Notes: generated from the letters alone by a model not told the origin. A DNA stretch of 64,000 nt from Eledone cirrhosa (GCA_964016885.1 OZ024740.1:89466001-89530000); one strand, 5' to 3'. Shown: positions 1-13,600, counted from the stretch's first letter. Made by a program: numbers and translations.

Positions 1-189
1 GTACCGTCCTGTACCATCCTGTGCTGTCCTTAATAGTATACTTTATATCAAAACTTGTGGATAATGAAGCAATCATTATTATTATTTTTTTTCATTTAAC
101 ATGCTTTATGTACATGCGAGTTATCACCATGTCACAGAGCAGTGTCCTCAAGATTATTATTATCATTATTATTATCAATAATTTAGTTC

Positions 190-2691
190 AGCAAAATTTG
201 ACAGGGGAGATCATCAACAACATATGCTGGGGCTTTCTCAAAAGAGAGATTAGAGTAACGTCGATAAAGATCAGCAAAGAACTAGCGTTAGAGAAAACTA
301 GAAAGAAGGGGGAGTTGGTAGACAAGTTAGACGAGGCTATTTGTACTGGTATGGCAACTGACGTGCTAACGGCAAGAATGTCATTAGATCATTTCTTCAA
401 TTCTAAACACGAAACTTGCATTGTCAGAGCCAAGCCGCGTGCTGTGAAAAACTAGGGAACCAAAGCTGCTTGATGGGCCTGCGTGGCAGAGGCGCAGCGT
501 TGTAACAAAACCACGATTCGGCCTTTGAAAGACCGAGACAGACACCAGCTGAGCGATTCCAAGCGGATGTGTGAGGCCTTTCGCCCACATTTTGCTCGGT
601 TTTTCGGGGATGTGGCGGGTTAGAGACGGTGGCGGACTTCAGTCCCTACCTTGATGGCTTGCCGCAACTCTCGACGGTCGATGCTGAGCGCCGCAAAATG
701 CCAATTACTTCAGCCGAGATTCAGGATGCCCTTGACGGCTGCATGAGACGCAAGCCACCCGGTCTTGATGGTCTGCCCTACGAGCTTTGCGCAAACATGC
801 CAGACTTGTTCTCCGATCTCATCGAAACGTTCTACTGCAACTGGCAGCAGAACGGAAGTATTCCCAGTTCTGTGAGCCGGGGCGTAGTGACGTTGATAAG
901 AGGGAAGCATTAGACAATGTTAGGCCCATAACTCTGCTCAACACAGAGTTTAAGAATTTGGCCAAGGTGCTGGCGAAGAGTTTGGTGCTTTTCGTCGAGG
1001 ATTTCGTTGGAGAGGCGCAAACATGCGGCATCTTCTCAGTGGTCAAAGTTAATGGCCACCTCTCAGAACCGTTTCAGATCCTCCGATTGGTCCGCCAAGG
1101 GTTCCTGCTCTCCTACCTTCTATACGTATTGACTCTCGAGCCTTTACTACGGAAGCTGAAGCTGTGGCAGGGCATATCCCGCTCGAACCAGGACGCGGAA
1201 AGGCTGTGTCGGCTTATGCTGACGACATCGCCGTGATGGTGTCGGGCACCTCAGAAATCGAGGTGGTCGGCAACTTAGTGGAGGAATATGAAAGGTTGAC
1301 GGGAGCAAAATTTAAACTGGAAAAGTCAGTGGGCTTGCAAGTCGGCACATGTTTTGTTTTGGGCCACAGCTCCAGGTAGAAAAGAATTGTGGCGAGGGGA
1401 CGGGTAGTGTTGCCAGTCTCACCCAGAAATGTGCTGCGAGGAAGCTATCACTGAAAGGTCGGGCAGAGGTGTCGAACGCGGACATTGCGTCCGTCATCTA
1501 CTACCGCCTGACCGTAATCCCTTGCCCCCGTTCGCACCTCACCAACTTGGAACGGCTCCTCTTCAAATTCATGTGGAGGGGACAGGTTCCGTTTGTGAGT
1601 CGGTCCATCTACTGCCAGCACCCTCTATGTGGAGAGCTGGCTAACGATGCGCAGACATGCGCTGAGACTGCGGCTTCTCCAGATATTATGCCTAAAAGAT
1701 CAACAGGTGTGGTCGCCGTTTATCAGACGGGCGTTTCCGCAGCTCCTCTCTTTGACTGAGCTGCAGTTCTGGATCAAGTAGAGACCGAGACTGGGTGATT
1801 TGCATCGGAAATGTTGCCAGGCACTCACTGCGCTCTACCAGGTGGGCAATGCGGCCAATGGCACTTCCACTCTCGAGTTCTATAGCGGATTATTGGTGGG
1901 CAAGTGCGACGACGCACTCGGTGATGCTCTGGGCGTCGACGAAGTCGAACTAACCAGTCTATTCCGGAGGACCCTCGAGCCTGCGACGATGGATAATTTC
2001 CAAAAACGGGGGGCACTGCCAGTTCGAGATAAACTCTACAGGAACGGAAGTGCTGTCAGACGTACCTGCCCGAGATGCACGCAGAGCGACGAACCGTTCT
2101 GCCCGCACTCGTCCAGTGTCCTTACATTACTGGCTTGAGGAGTTATGTCAAACAGCTGTTGTCGCGTGTAGATCGACCCGCCGCCTTATTTTGGCCAAGA
2201 AGGGCAGGAAATGTTCCTATGTCTGGTGGTAGTAGGGAAAGAGGTTGTATGCTGGACCATATTGAAAGGATTGAAGACAGGCACTTTTCTCTTCGGCCAA
2301 TCCCTCATCAACTTTTTCAAGTTTCACCTGGAAAGGAAGCTGAGGGTGGAGAGAGAAGTGCTGCCGCAGTACATTTGCTGAAAGGTGTTTGAATGTGGTG
2401 AGAATGGCCCGTGTGAGTGGGTCTACTATGATCATGCACCTGTAAGAGAGTGGCGCCGTTCCCGGGTTCTCTCGGTTCGTCGGGTCGTTCAGGATTGGTG
2501 GGTTACCTGAGTGAACCCTGAGTGGTCATCCCCATTATTGGGGATTTTTCCTTGTTGTATGTTTATTATTATGTTGTTATGTTTTTTATATTGTTTACAC
2601 GTAGTGTATGTAACCCTCCACTTTCCCTGCCTTTTGTATTGTCCCCTATATATCGGTCCTTCTGGCCAATAAATGGAACTTTTATTATTAT

Positions 2692-2692
<1 letters not shown>
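190..2692 (+). mobile_element. 5'-truncated, decayed L1/Tx1-clade non-LTR retrotransposon (RT, C-terminal Zn-knuckle, 3' UTR)
   Basis: Frameshifted ORF2 pieces: PGLDGLPYE, RPITLLNTEFKNLAKVLA, VRQGFLLSYLLYVL, SAYADDIAV, KLSLKGRAEV, ALPVRDKL..TCPRC..ALVQCP. AATAAA at 2668-2673, then a TTA tail. RT motif 3 (D..KAFD) is absent. Confidence 0.9.
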
Positions 2693-2752
<60 letters not shown>

Positions 2753-2783
2753 GGTAGTAGTATAGTAGTAGTAGTAGTAGTAT

Positions 2784-2826
<43 letters not shown>
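2693..2826. repeat. (TAG)n trinucleotide microsatellite
   Basis: agtagtagt tract directly after the LINE tail. Confidence 0.95.
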
Positions 2827-5800
2827 TTCATCATTATTGTTGTTGATATTATTATCTATTTATATTCTGTCGCCAAACCATAAATTGACACGTATAATAA
2901 CAAATACATAATTCGAAAATATTATACTAATAAAAATAACATTAATAATAATAGTAATACTTTCCCGTGTAAGCATCACAAGTTAAATGTTTGCCACTTG
3001 AAAGGGAAAATATCAATTCGAGTCTTTGACGTTCACATTGTTTAATTTCCCAATACACCAATTATCATATAATATTTACGGGAAATCAAATACTAACTAT
3101 TGTATATATTCAAAAGACATTTACATTACTCAGCATTGTTATATCAAGATGCCATTTTGCGTAAATACTATGATGCTTTCTTTCGGCTTCTTTATAATTC
3201 AATAATAACAATAAATTATCCTATTAAACGATTCAGTAGTGTACAACAATTGTAAGCCATTAAAGTGGAGTAATATAACATAATTCGCTATCATTTTAAA
3301 ATACTTAGTAAAATGAACAAATCCCCGCGTGTGGATAAGAAACTTGAAGCATTAATACAATATGTTTATAGAGATGATGATACAATAAATTTGATCGCAG
3401 GCTCTTCAGAATATGTTTCACAGGAGTTTAGACAACATTGAATATGGAGCGAGTTCGTGGAGAACAATAAGCGAGATAATGAACTACATATAATGCGAAT
3501 ATGTTTTTATTCAAATATTAGAAACATTGAATCTAGGAATTACTGAATGCCGGAAATATCTAAATGTTCGCATATTCTTAGCAAACAAGTTTTATTCCAT
3601 CCTATACATTTAATGCGCATGTTCTGGATACAAAATTCAACAATAATGCAACGTTCCTGGCACCTTGGTTTCTACTCTGACAATTTTGATAAAATCCTTC
3701 CCTCTTACAGCACCAATATTTCCTGGAAAAATTCAATGACTAGAAAGATTGACTTTCCATCTGACAACGTTCGACTCTCCGGTTTGTGGTCATCATACAA
3801 ATTATTAACAGCTTCTTCCAGTTGAAACCTATTTACTATTTCAAAAACATATTTTACAGGAATATATAAAATACAGTCAAGGCATTCATTTCTGTGTAAT
3901 GATAATGAGTTTAAATAACATAACATTTAAAACCTCATTCATTTGTGGCTTTGCAAATTTTCCTTATGTTAGCTTGCCTGCACACACTTGTGTGAATATG
4001 TTTCTTGAATTGAATTTCACAGAAATTAAACAAAAATTGTAGTGTACAAATAAGGAAGTAATATCTTGTAAGGGTTGTACTGGAAATGACTAAATCCTGA
4101 GAAATGTATAACAAAAATATTGAAAGGTGGCATTGAATATAATAAAACATCTGATTTGGTATATTTTCATTGTATGTATATTAGAGAACTTTGAGGAGAT
4201 TCTGTCAACATGGCGTCGATTAATATAGATCGATTTGTCTACAATTACATTTTAGATTACTTATAATGAAACAATTATGAAACACTTTACATGTTTTTTA
4301 GTCATATTATTACACCATTTATTTTTTAAATAATATTATTACATAATTCGTTGCTGTCATTTCAAGCACAGATGTGAAACATTATAAATGATAATACTTC
4401 CATGCTGAGCATCTCGCTTGTTAAATGTATCTCTTCTGCTTATTTATGAAGGGGATGCTTTGCTGTCTGATTAAGCATCACCAAGTCTGCAACACATTAA
4501 TTCAAATGCTCCTGCATTTATGTTTCAAACCTTTTTTATTCAATACGATTCAGCTTTTGTTGAAAATCAAATGAGTCCACCTATTTCACAATCCGCACAG
4601 TCTGTTCCGCTATCTTTGCACGTTACGCCTTTAATTTGCGGTAATAAAATGAATTGTGTTTTATTGTTTGGTCGCTTTTTGTTAGTCTGATCTACGATCG
4701 AAATAGGGTTTTAGATAGATAATATTATGTTTGATCTTTCATGAATCCTCAATCATGTTAGACCAATAAAAGTAAACGATAGTTTGAGGAGATATTTATT
4801 CTCAGCAGATCAATGGATTGCGTCAGTCTCTTTTGTTTTTCAATGATAAAATAATTCAATCAAATATTAAAATATATCAGGAAAGGAATGTTACATATTT
4901 GACGAATGTTGCTATATGTAAACTAGTCTGAGCAATTATCCTTAAAAATACAAAAAAAGCTGCGACAATAATTATAAATATTAATTGATGTTTTTAAATA
5001 TGAGTTGTATTAGAGCGCCGTTCTTGTATGACATGTGAAAAAAAACTATCACTTATCTCGGCACGAGTTTCCTATAAATTATACTATAATATCCGCATTA
5101 TTTCCTTGATTTTTTAATATATTTGATCTTAATTTTCATAAGGATATATGCTGTTATTTTGGAGAAATATTATCGGTACTCAAAATTATTTCCAGTCCAA
5201 ATCATTATTTATCTATCGCATAAAAATAAAAATTATAATTACAAAACCATATTTGTAATTTCGACACGGTATCTATATCTCAAAGCCTGCATGTTATGAT
5301 GTTCGTTTTGTATCCATTTTATTTAAGCACTGAAACATGAAACATTGACGTCTAAGGAACTAAATATATTTTTAAAAGTTATATTCATCAATATAATACA
5401 TATTTATATCATATGACATCTAACAGATTTTATAGACATTTATTATATATTTCTTCCGTTAAATGTATGCGCTCGTCACAAAAGTGTGAACAAGATACTA
5501 TATGTAAAATATTATGGAACCTAATACGTTATTTATTAATCTACATATTATCGATAAATGTCACATAACTAAATGATATAGGGATACGAAAAATAACTCT
5601 GGCCTCTTTAGAAACATTAAAATCGTATTGAATTTTTCCTGTACAAAGTTACAATATCAGTTACTATTCAAATGTTTTCCCATCGAATTGACCCGTACGT
5701 AGTCATAAGTTTCTATATAATATCGATCGGTTAATCAGAGAAATCTACTGTCTATATTGATTTTTGTTCAATCAAATGTTTCGCCGTCACATAGATCATT

Positions 5801-6074
5801 GCTTTCGCTATTACGTCACATACATAAATTTCCCAAATGTTATTGATTACCAATGAGATCTTCGGAGAAACATACTGATATTCTTGTCATCCAATGAATA
5901 AATAACATTCCGTTATCCTTCTAACTGTTTTTCCCAGCTGAATTGCCAATTGCCTGCTTTTGTAACATGTACTATACATATTTGACATAATGAATACACA
6001 CACACACAACACACACTTATATATATCTATATATATCTATATATGTGTATGCATATATATATGTATGTGTATGC

Positions 6075-6147
<73 letters not shown>

Positions 6148-6183
6148 ATATATGTGTATGCATATATATATGTATGTGTATGC

Positions 6184-6235
<52 letters not shown>

Positions 6236-6396
6236 TATAGATATAATGCTCTGAAATAGCGATATATATGTGAAGACAAACATAGAATATTCGAAAATAT
6301 TCTGTATGTTTATAATAAACATTTCGAAGACCCAATCGCTATAGAATAGAATACGTCACGTATTACAATTTGAGATTCTCGATAAAAGCAAGGGAA

Positions 6397-6439
6397 GTAA
6401 CCTACGCGTTTCATTCTCATTAGAAATCATCAGGATTAC
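6397..6439 (-). ncRNA. Type I hammerhead ribozyme (identical copies at 6709-6751 and 7021-7063, minus strand)
   Basis: Reverse complement reads GUAAUC-CUGAUGA-U UUCU AAUG AGAA U-GAAA-CGCG-UA/GGUUAC, with a 6-bp stem I and palindromic stem III ACGCGU. Confidence 0.85.
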
Positions 6440-7234
6440 ATATCCAGTGCTTTTATCGAGAATGACACAGCTAGAGACTTATAGAATACTTAGCTGTGTA
6501 CAGGAACCGGTTTGAAAGAGCGGTTGCCGGCCCGGCAGAAATTAGAATTTGGATATAATGCTCTGAAATAGCGATATATATGTGAAGACAAACATAGAAT
6601 ATTCGAAAATATTCTGTATGTTTATAATAAACATTTCGAAGACCCAATCGCTATAGAATAGAATACGTCACGTATTACAATTTGAGATTCTCGATAAAAG
6701 CAAGGGAAGTAACCTACGCGTTTCATTCTCATTAGAAATCATCAGGATTACATATCCAGTGCTTTTATCGAGAATGACACAGCTAGAGACTTATAGAATA
6801 CTTAGCTGTGTACAGGAACCGGTTTGACAGAGCGGTTGCCGGCCCGGCAGAAATTAGAATTTGGATATAATGCTCTGAAATAGCGATATATATGTGAAGA
6901 CAAACATAGAATATTCGAAAATATTCTGTATGTTTATAATAAACATTTCGAAGACCCAATCGCTATAGAATAGAATACGTCACGTATTACAATTTGAGAT
7001 TCTCGATAAAAGCAAGGGAAGTAACCTACGCGTTTCATTCTCATTAGAAATCATCAGGATTACATATCCAGTGCTTTTATCGAGAATGACACAGCTAGAG
7101 ACTTATAGAATACTTAGCTGTGTACAGGAACTGGTTTGAAAGAGCGGTTGCCGCTCTTTCAAACCAGTTCCTGTACACAGCTAAGTATTCTATAAGTCTC
7201 TAGCTGTGTCATTCTCGATAAAAGCACTGGATAT

Positions 7235-7277
7235 GTAATCCTGATGATTTCTAATGAGAATGAAACGCGTAGGTTAC
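7235..7277 (+). ncRNA. Type I hammerhead ribozyme (inverted-arm copy)
   Basis: gtaatc CTGATGA tttctaatgagaat GAAA cgcg TA ggttac. Confidence 0.85.
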
Positions 7278-7429
7278 TTCCCTTGCTTTTGTCGAGAATC
7301 TCAAATTGTAATACTTGACGTATTATATTCTATAGCGATTGGGTCTTCGAAATGTTTATTATAAACATACAGAATATTTTCGAATATTCTATGTTTGTCT
7401 TCACACATATATATATATATATATATATA

Positions 7430-8112
7430 TGTGTATGTTTTGAAACAGTTTTTTACTAAATCAAGTTTAATCTGATAATGGGGTTTACAATCCTCAGATA
7501 AATGGAAAAAGATGAGTATTGACGAACATGGGAGTCGAACCCAGATATTTGGTTATCCAGACCACTGTGCTGCCATTTACAGTATAAATGACAAGTAAGT
7601 ATGTTTTGAAACTGTGAGCAGGTTTGAAATAAAAAAAATAGAATAGCTTTCACCCTACTTTTTAACTAAAGTAATTTTAGTCTGATAATGGGGTTTATAA
7701 CCCTCAGATGAATGGAAAAAGATGAGTATTGAAGTGGATCGACTCCCATGTACGTCAATACTCATCTTTTTCCATTTATCTGAGGGTTCTAAACCCCATT
7801 ATCAGACTAAAATTTCTTTAGTAAAAAAATATGGTGAAAGCCATTCTATTTTCTAATTTCAAACCTGCTCACAGTTTCAAAACATACTTACTTGTCATTT
7901 ATACTCGCTAAGAATGTAGCTTCTAATTTGAATGGCAGGAGATGGGTGATGTGTTGGTGTAAATGGTAGCACAGTGGTCTGGATAACCAAAGATGTGGAT
8001 CGACTCTCATGTACGTCAATAGTCATCTTTTTCCATTTATCTGAGGGTTCTAAACCCCTTTATCAGACTAAAATTTATTTCGTCAAATAATACGGTGAAA
8101 GCTATTCTATTA
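7430..8112 (+). mobile_element. Fold-back/tandem repeat (261-bp period) containing a tRNA-like gene, between (TA)n tracts
   Basis: gtggatcgact recurs at 7734 and 7995. 7430-7733 is an inverted copy of the same unit. A related fold-back copy lies at 52433-52800. Confidence 0.75.
7948..8018 (+). tRNA. tRNA-like sequence (pseudo-tRNA or SINE head), apparent anticodon GGA with short variable loop
   Basis: Acceptor stem GATGTGT/GTACGTC, D arm GTGT-AAATGGTA-GCAC, anticodon arm TGGT-CTGGATA-ACCA. The B box is intact (GGTTCGACTCC) in the minus copy near 7520-7582. A T-run lies about 10 nt downstream. Confidence 0.55.
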
Positions 8113-8619
8113 TATATATATATATATATATATATATTTGCGTTTGTGTACTTACGGTCTAATTTGTGTGGTCCGCATCCTGGATCAAGTTGTGTGTTGA
8201 TTCTTAAGGTAATATATACGTTGCTCCCGTCTACCCAACTTTTAGTCAATTTCAATGGCATCTGGGTCTTAAGCCTACAATGAATTGGCCTCTTGAGCTT
8301 GAAGGATATTGTATTCTCAATTACGTACCAACATTGAAATCGAAAGAAAAAGCACTAGCCTGATGAGCCTCTGTGGTTTGGGCAAACTTCAAAGACATTT
8401 AACATTGTAATTATAAAAATAATACACACACACATATTGCTCGTATTTATGCTTTTTCGATAGCAAAATCGAAAATAAATCTATCGTTGTAATTTAGCTG
8501 AAAACTATTTGTTCGCTGCCATGCTTTTATTGGACATTTTAACCGGCAGTGCCTAGAGAATAATAGAAATTAAGCGAGAGAGTAAATGAGAATGAAACAT
8601 AACGAATCGACCACAATTC

Positions 8620-8760
8620 TAGATTGGCACTTATTTCATCTACTTCAAAAAGACGAATGGCAAAGTTGACTACGGAGGTATTTGAACTCAGAAAGCAGAG
8701 TGCCAGACACTGTAAATCCTTTTATCCGATATTCTAAAGCCTGTGTCAATTAACTGCCTA
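8620..8760 (-). mobile_element. Decayed tRNA-derived SINE (same family as 58370)
   Basis: Reverse complement resembles the gagttcaaat..gtcaactttgcc..aaataagtgcca core of the 58370 copy. Confidence 0.5.
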
Positions 8761-9299
8761 CGATGAGATCGTATAAATGCCATTTATTTTCCTTTTCTAT
8801 CTCTGTGGTTATCACTGGTATAATCCATATAATAATGCAAGTATCACACATAATGTAATTATTTTAACGTGCACCAATTGTTATTGCACAAATCATATAA
8901 ATGAGTATGACAAAAACAGAAAGCTGTATCATTTAGATGTATGAAACTGTAGTCAATCGGGGTTTAATACGAAACTGGTATAGTATGCTAGGTTTTATTC
9001 ATTTTTGATCTTTATAGTTAAACTGACATTAACATAGACTTTAGCGAATATCGTATAATATTTTCCATAATAATTGTATATACACACATTTAAGTTATTA
9101 TAAAAAGTTGAGACACTGCTTCTATATTTCCGTTTCATAAAATATTTCCATCGTAATACATCAAAAAATATGTAATAAAGTACATTAACTCACTGCCTCC
9201 GTCTCTCCCGCTCTCACAATTACTCTTTATTATAAGCACATGGCGGCCTTGGTTGACATAATAGATAAAGCGTTTCCGCGGAGGATGGTGAGAGAGAGA

Positions 9300-11150
9300 G
9301 ACGTTGGAGGATCAATCCAGCTTGCAATGTTCATACCAGTGGGTAGCCAACTCTGTGCCGATGGTGTTGGGTAGGGAGGTGGTCCTATGGCCAAGGACAA
9401 CTACAGGTCTCTACTGCTATTATCTCGACCGGAAACATGTCGGAAAGCGACTAACACTTGGAAAGTTTACCCACCTGGGCACGAAGAGCAGCAGAGCCTG
9501 CATCGTATTTAATATTCACCATTTCCGATTTGGACGAGAAAACATTCGCAGGTCGGGCTCGATTAACGTGGCATCATCCGATCCGACCAGTGTGATTTAT
9601 CTCAATAGGAACGTAGAGGGGTTCCGCATGTCAGACTGTTGAACCCCAGTGGCTGAGGTAGGACCGTGTCAGTAGCAAAGAGAATGATTGGGGCTCCATA
9701 AGGCAGGGAGGCCAGTCCGTAGCCAGGTTGTATTGGCTGATACAGGTCACAAGCAGATGGTCATGTGATTGACAATGAGGTGTCTGGCATCCCTCGATGC
9801 AGGTTCCGGTAGCAGCTGTTGAAGAACTGTTTAGCTGCATGTACATCCTCCTCCCACACAACGGATACGCTGAGACCTAGTTGCACAGGAGTGAGCGTCT
9901 CGGCAAGTTTAGGTATTATTAACATGCGGAGCTCCATAGCAACCATCATCCGGAAGACCATAGTGATAAGGCGTATGTCATCCTATTTCTTCCTGAGAGT
10001 GGTCAGGCTTGGCGAAAGGAAGAGGTCCCATGCGTTAGGTTCCAGGGTGTCATGCATGACAATGTGGATGAGCGTCACAATTCCACTAAGAACGCAGAAC
10101 ACGGCCTCTGTAGATAGATGGTATAGCAACAAGGTAAGGTCGCCAGGTCGCCAGGTCGCCAGGTCGGAGACCATCAGTAACTCCGCTGGCAGGCATAAAA
10201 ACTGTGTCCCAATCAGTATATAGCAGGTGAGGATCAGTTGGGGGTACGGCTCTGAAATATGCTGGTGGCTCAGGATGCTTGTGCCAATGAGCAGCCAGAA
10301 ACTCCTCGGTCGGGTGGAGAGATGTGTGCTCCGATGCACCCACTCTGACTGCGGCCGAAATATCTCCCCCAATTAATTCGGCGTTTACGCAGTTACGTAA
10401 ATGATTTGTATTGGTTTCAGGGGTTGAGAATTGAGGACACCCGAGAGCAGAGGATGTGGTATCCTTGGGTACACTTGAATGGGCGCTTGCCCAAAGGACG
10501 AAACGTTGGCCTTGATGAAATCCGCTGTCGAGAGGCTTCCTCGGTTAGTGCCAGAGTTGTGGAGGCCTAGGATGTATTGGGTAAAATAGAAGAGGCGCTC
10601 GCAGTTATTGGTGCGAATAGAGTCCAGGGTACTCTCAGATGAGGATGTGAGGTCACCGGCCACCAATACCTGGGCTGCTTTTAGGTTCTGGAACGGGAAA
10701 TACCGCAGCCGCCGGAGCGTTGTTGACCAGCAAATTTGAATATCTGACTAGCTATGTCTCATCAGGTGGTGTTGTGGATGACCGCAGCTGTACTGATGTG
10801 TGGGAAGAGACAGTTACTGCACATTCACACTGTTATGGCAATGGAGGCTTGTCGCCTTCGACCAACACAATAATGGTGGAGGAAACATCCACACCACAAA
10901 CATTCTTGCCTTTTTTTTGTCTGTTTCTGATGGTGCATGTACTGCTGGTGTCACCTGGTGGGGCTGGTAGGTGGTGCGTGGTGACGGGACTGGATTACTA
11001 AGTGGAAACAAGGGTCTGTGTCTCTGGTTGGGGCCTCTAGCTCAACGGTGGAAGGAGGTGAGAAACTAGAATCATGAGGAGGTAGTAGGATGATGATATG
11101 ACGGAGACAGCATATCACACATACAACACACCCAATGGCAAAATCATCCA
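9300..11150 (-). mobile_element. Heavily decayed CRE-clade non-LTR retrotransposon
   Basis: Minus-strand pieces GDISAAVR..HKHPEPP..DGLRP, SLTTLRKK*DDIRLI, and LTPVQLGLSVSVVWEEDVHAAKQF match the remembered CRE RT pattern L.P.QLG.GV..G.EAAVHA.R. The block is GC-richer than its flanks. Confidence 0.7.
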
Positions 11151-12689
11151 AAAAGGGGAGAAAGTAGGTTCATCGAGGTGGACCTAAAAACAATGAAAAA
11201 ATGGGGGTGTTAAAATGGAGAATTTTAGAAATCTATATGTATATATGTATTCGCACACACTCCCACGTTTTGGCCATGACACCAAAGTATATACATGGTT
11301 GTATGTGGACATTCTCATGTCCATCTGTAAGCGTGTGTTTTTATATAAACTTCAAAAAAATAAGAATTATTGCAAGTGTATTATTTAGGCAAATTTATAG
11401 GTGCGTGAAAATATGTTATGGATGTATGTATGTTGCCATATGTATGGTATAAGATGTATGTTGCCAGTATATATAGAGTAAGAGAGCGAACAACAACACG
11501 TTTGCGGGTATTTTACACATATGTTACACATATTTACACATATTTACACATATTTACACATATTTACAAACAAGTAATTGGCCTGATTATAAAATGTTTC
11601 AATAGTTCATAATATAGTTATGTATTTATATACACAGATTATCTTATATAGACAAATGTACAATGCGTGTTTGTGTATGTTTTTAAGTGTGTAAATATAC
11701 ATAGTGGATGTTTAATATAGTGTTGTTATAAACAGGTATAGGTACATATATCAATATGTATGTAATTGTGTATGTATTTGCGTGGTAAAATTAATCCAGG
11801 CTAATTCATTACGTTTGTCACCAGTGAAACATTGTTGTGGTGCATTATCACAAGGCCACAACCGTTACCTTTTGATGGTCATGAAATTCTTTTTACGCCC
11901 CTCTGTTTTCTTCCTCCAGGCATATAAACACTTGGATACTGCATTAGTGAAAATTGCTTTGGTGGTGGAGTGATGGCGAAAGTGATGTTCGGTTGGTTGT
12001 GATTATGATGATACATATGTATATATGTATATATCTTACATGATTAATGAAAATTCCCGGCATTGCAGTTACTGTAGGGTGATGGTATTTTGTTGTCCTC
12101 ATCGTTTTGTTGATATTTTCTGAGTTGTTGATTTTTCTTGCCGATGTCGATTTTCCAAGGCTACTTATTTTTGAGAGAGAGAAGGGATTGCCACCTTTGA
12201 ATGACGGGAAACTGTAATTACACACACACAATTATGGATAAAGACGTATATATAGAGAGAGAGGTAGAATGGATTGATAGTTTATTATATAGATATATTC
12301 AGTATCTGTACAAATGTTAGAACATCAAAAACAGTATTTCCGGTTTTATTTCCGGCACTCTGCACATTTCAGTTCAATTGCGGTATAAGCTAACTCCATT
12401 CATTATCCTTTCGCGGTTCATAAATAAGATACCATTTTTAGTACCGGAGTAGTTTGCCCATCCTTCCAATTTATTATCAGTTTGTCAAGATAAGAATTGT
12501 GTTCTCTTCTGACCTGTAGAGTGATGGGATCCACCACACTCGATTGCCCAAGACGTGATTTATATTGCCTTTACGATTTCAGGAGGAATTAAGGTATGGT
12601 CGTCCATTACTTGAATACACCCACACACCCACACACACAAACATACACATAGACACACCCATACAAACACATACAATCATACACACACA

Positions 12690-12741
<52 letters not shown>

Positions 12742-13600
12742 AACATGTTTATATAATCGCAGAAATTGATAAATTGGGGTCAATTGCGTTGCCTAATAGG
12801 ATGCCACTCTATATTGTTTACTATAAAAATTGTAAAATAAATATAAGCTATTTAATGGATTGCCATTTCCCACTAATGTTTATTCTCTTTTGTAATCCTT
12901 GTTTTCATTCATTACACATAACAGTTTGTTTTAATTTCAATTGTTGGCATATATGAAAGTATGCTAATCCTCAAATAGAAACGAAAGCACCAATATCTAC
13001 CAAGAACTCAATAGAAGATCATTATTGATTACATTAATAGAAATAAATATTATTATCCTGAATGTTATTTCTATGGCTTTGAAATAACCTTTAACAAAAG
13101 AGTTTGTTCTTGACTTTTTATGATAATGAAATTGTTCAAATTTGAACTTTTGTGATGAATTATAATTAATTTCTTTATCCGAATAGGAGCCGATATTTTA
13201 TTATAAATATAGCATTCAAAATAGTCTGTATATACTCAGTCATTCGATAAGTAATATTCAGTAAAAAGGCACATTTTTCGGTGAATTGATAAGGCAAATA
13301 ATGATATACTACTTAGAGCCATCATAAATAAATATTAGTTGATATTGAATAAAGTATCTATTACCTTATCTTTTTATTATATATTTGATTGACTTTAAAA
13401 CGTTAAGTCCAAAGTGGCATAATTTGGAATAAACACTTATTAGATAGCTTTTATGAATATTATAAAATATTTATTCGTGCATTCAAGCATCTTCACCGGC
13501 TTCATGGCATTGATTTTATCATAATATTTTAAAAATACATCAAACTAGTACATTTAATCTATTCACGAACGTAATGTAAATATACCTATGTATACATACG

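Larger units (their letters stand above)
6240..7410 (-). mobile_element. Retrozyme-like array: about three tandem 312-bp HHR-containing monomers plus an inverted arm, inserted in (TA)n
   Basis: Units start at 6240, 6552 and 6864 (period 312). Fold-back at agagcgg-ttg-ccgctct (7141-7157), inverted copy to about 7405. One HHR per unit. Confidence 0.9.

Noticed and set aside
3100-4700. Protein-like minus-strand stretch (LNQTAKHPLHK*AEE), vaguely ankyrin-like
   Set aside because: Many stops and no second repeat or recognisable domain; compatible with chance.
6240-7150. CRISPR-like or prokaryotic repeat array
   Set aside because: The units are identical along their full length with no unique spacers, there are no cas genes, and the context is eukaryotic.
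8355-8400. CTGATGA gcct..gggc AAAC hammerhead-like string (similar partial cores near 30990 minus and 41390)
   Set aside because: GAAA or stems I and III are missing; at best decayed remnants.
11780-12230. Possible PLE endonuclease remnant on the minus strand (KRNEL)
   Set aside because: Too degraded to support a call.
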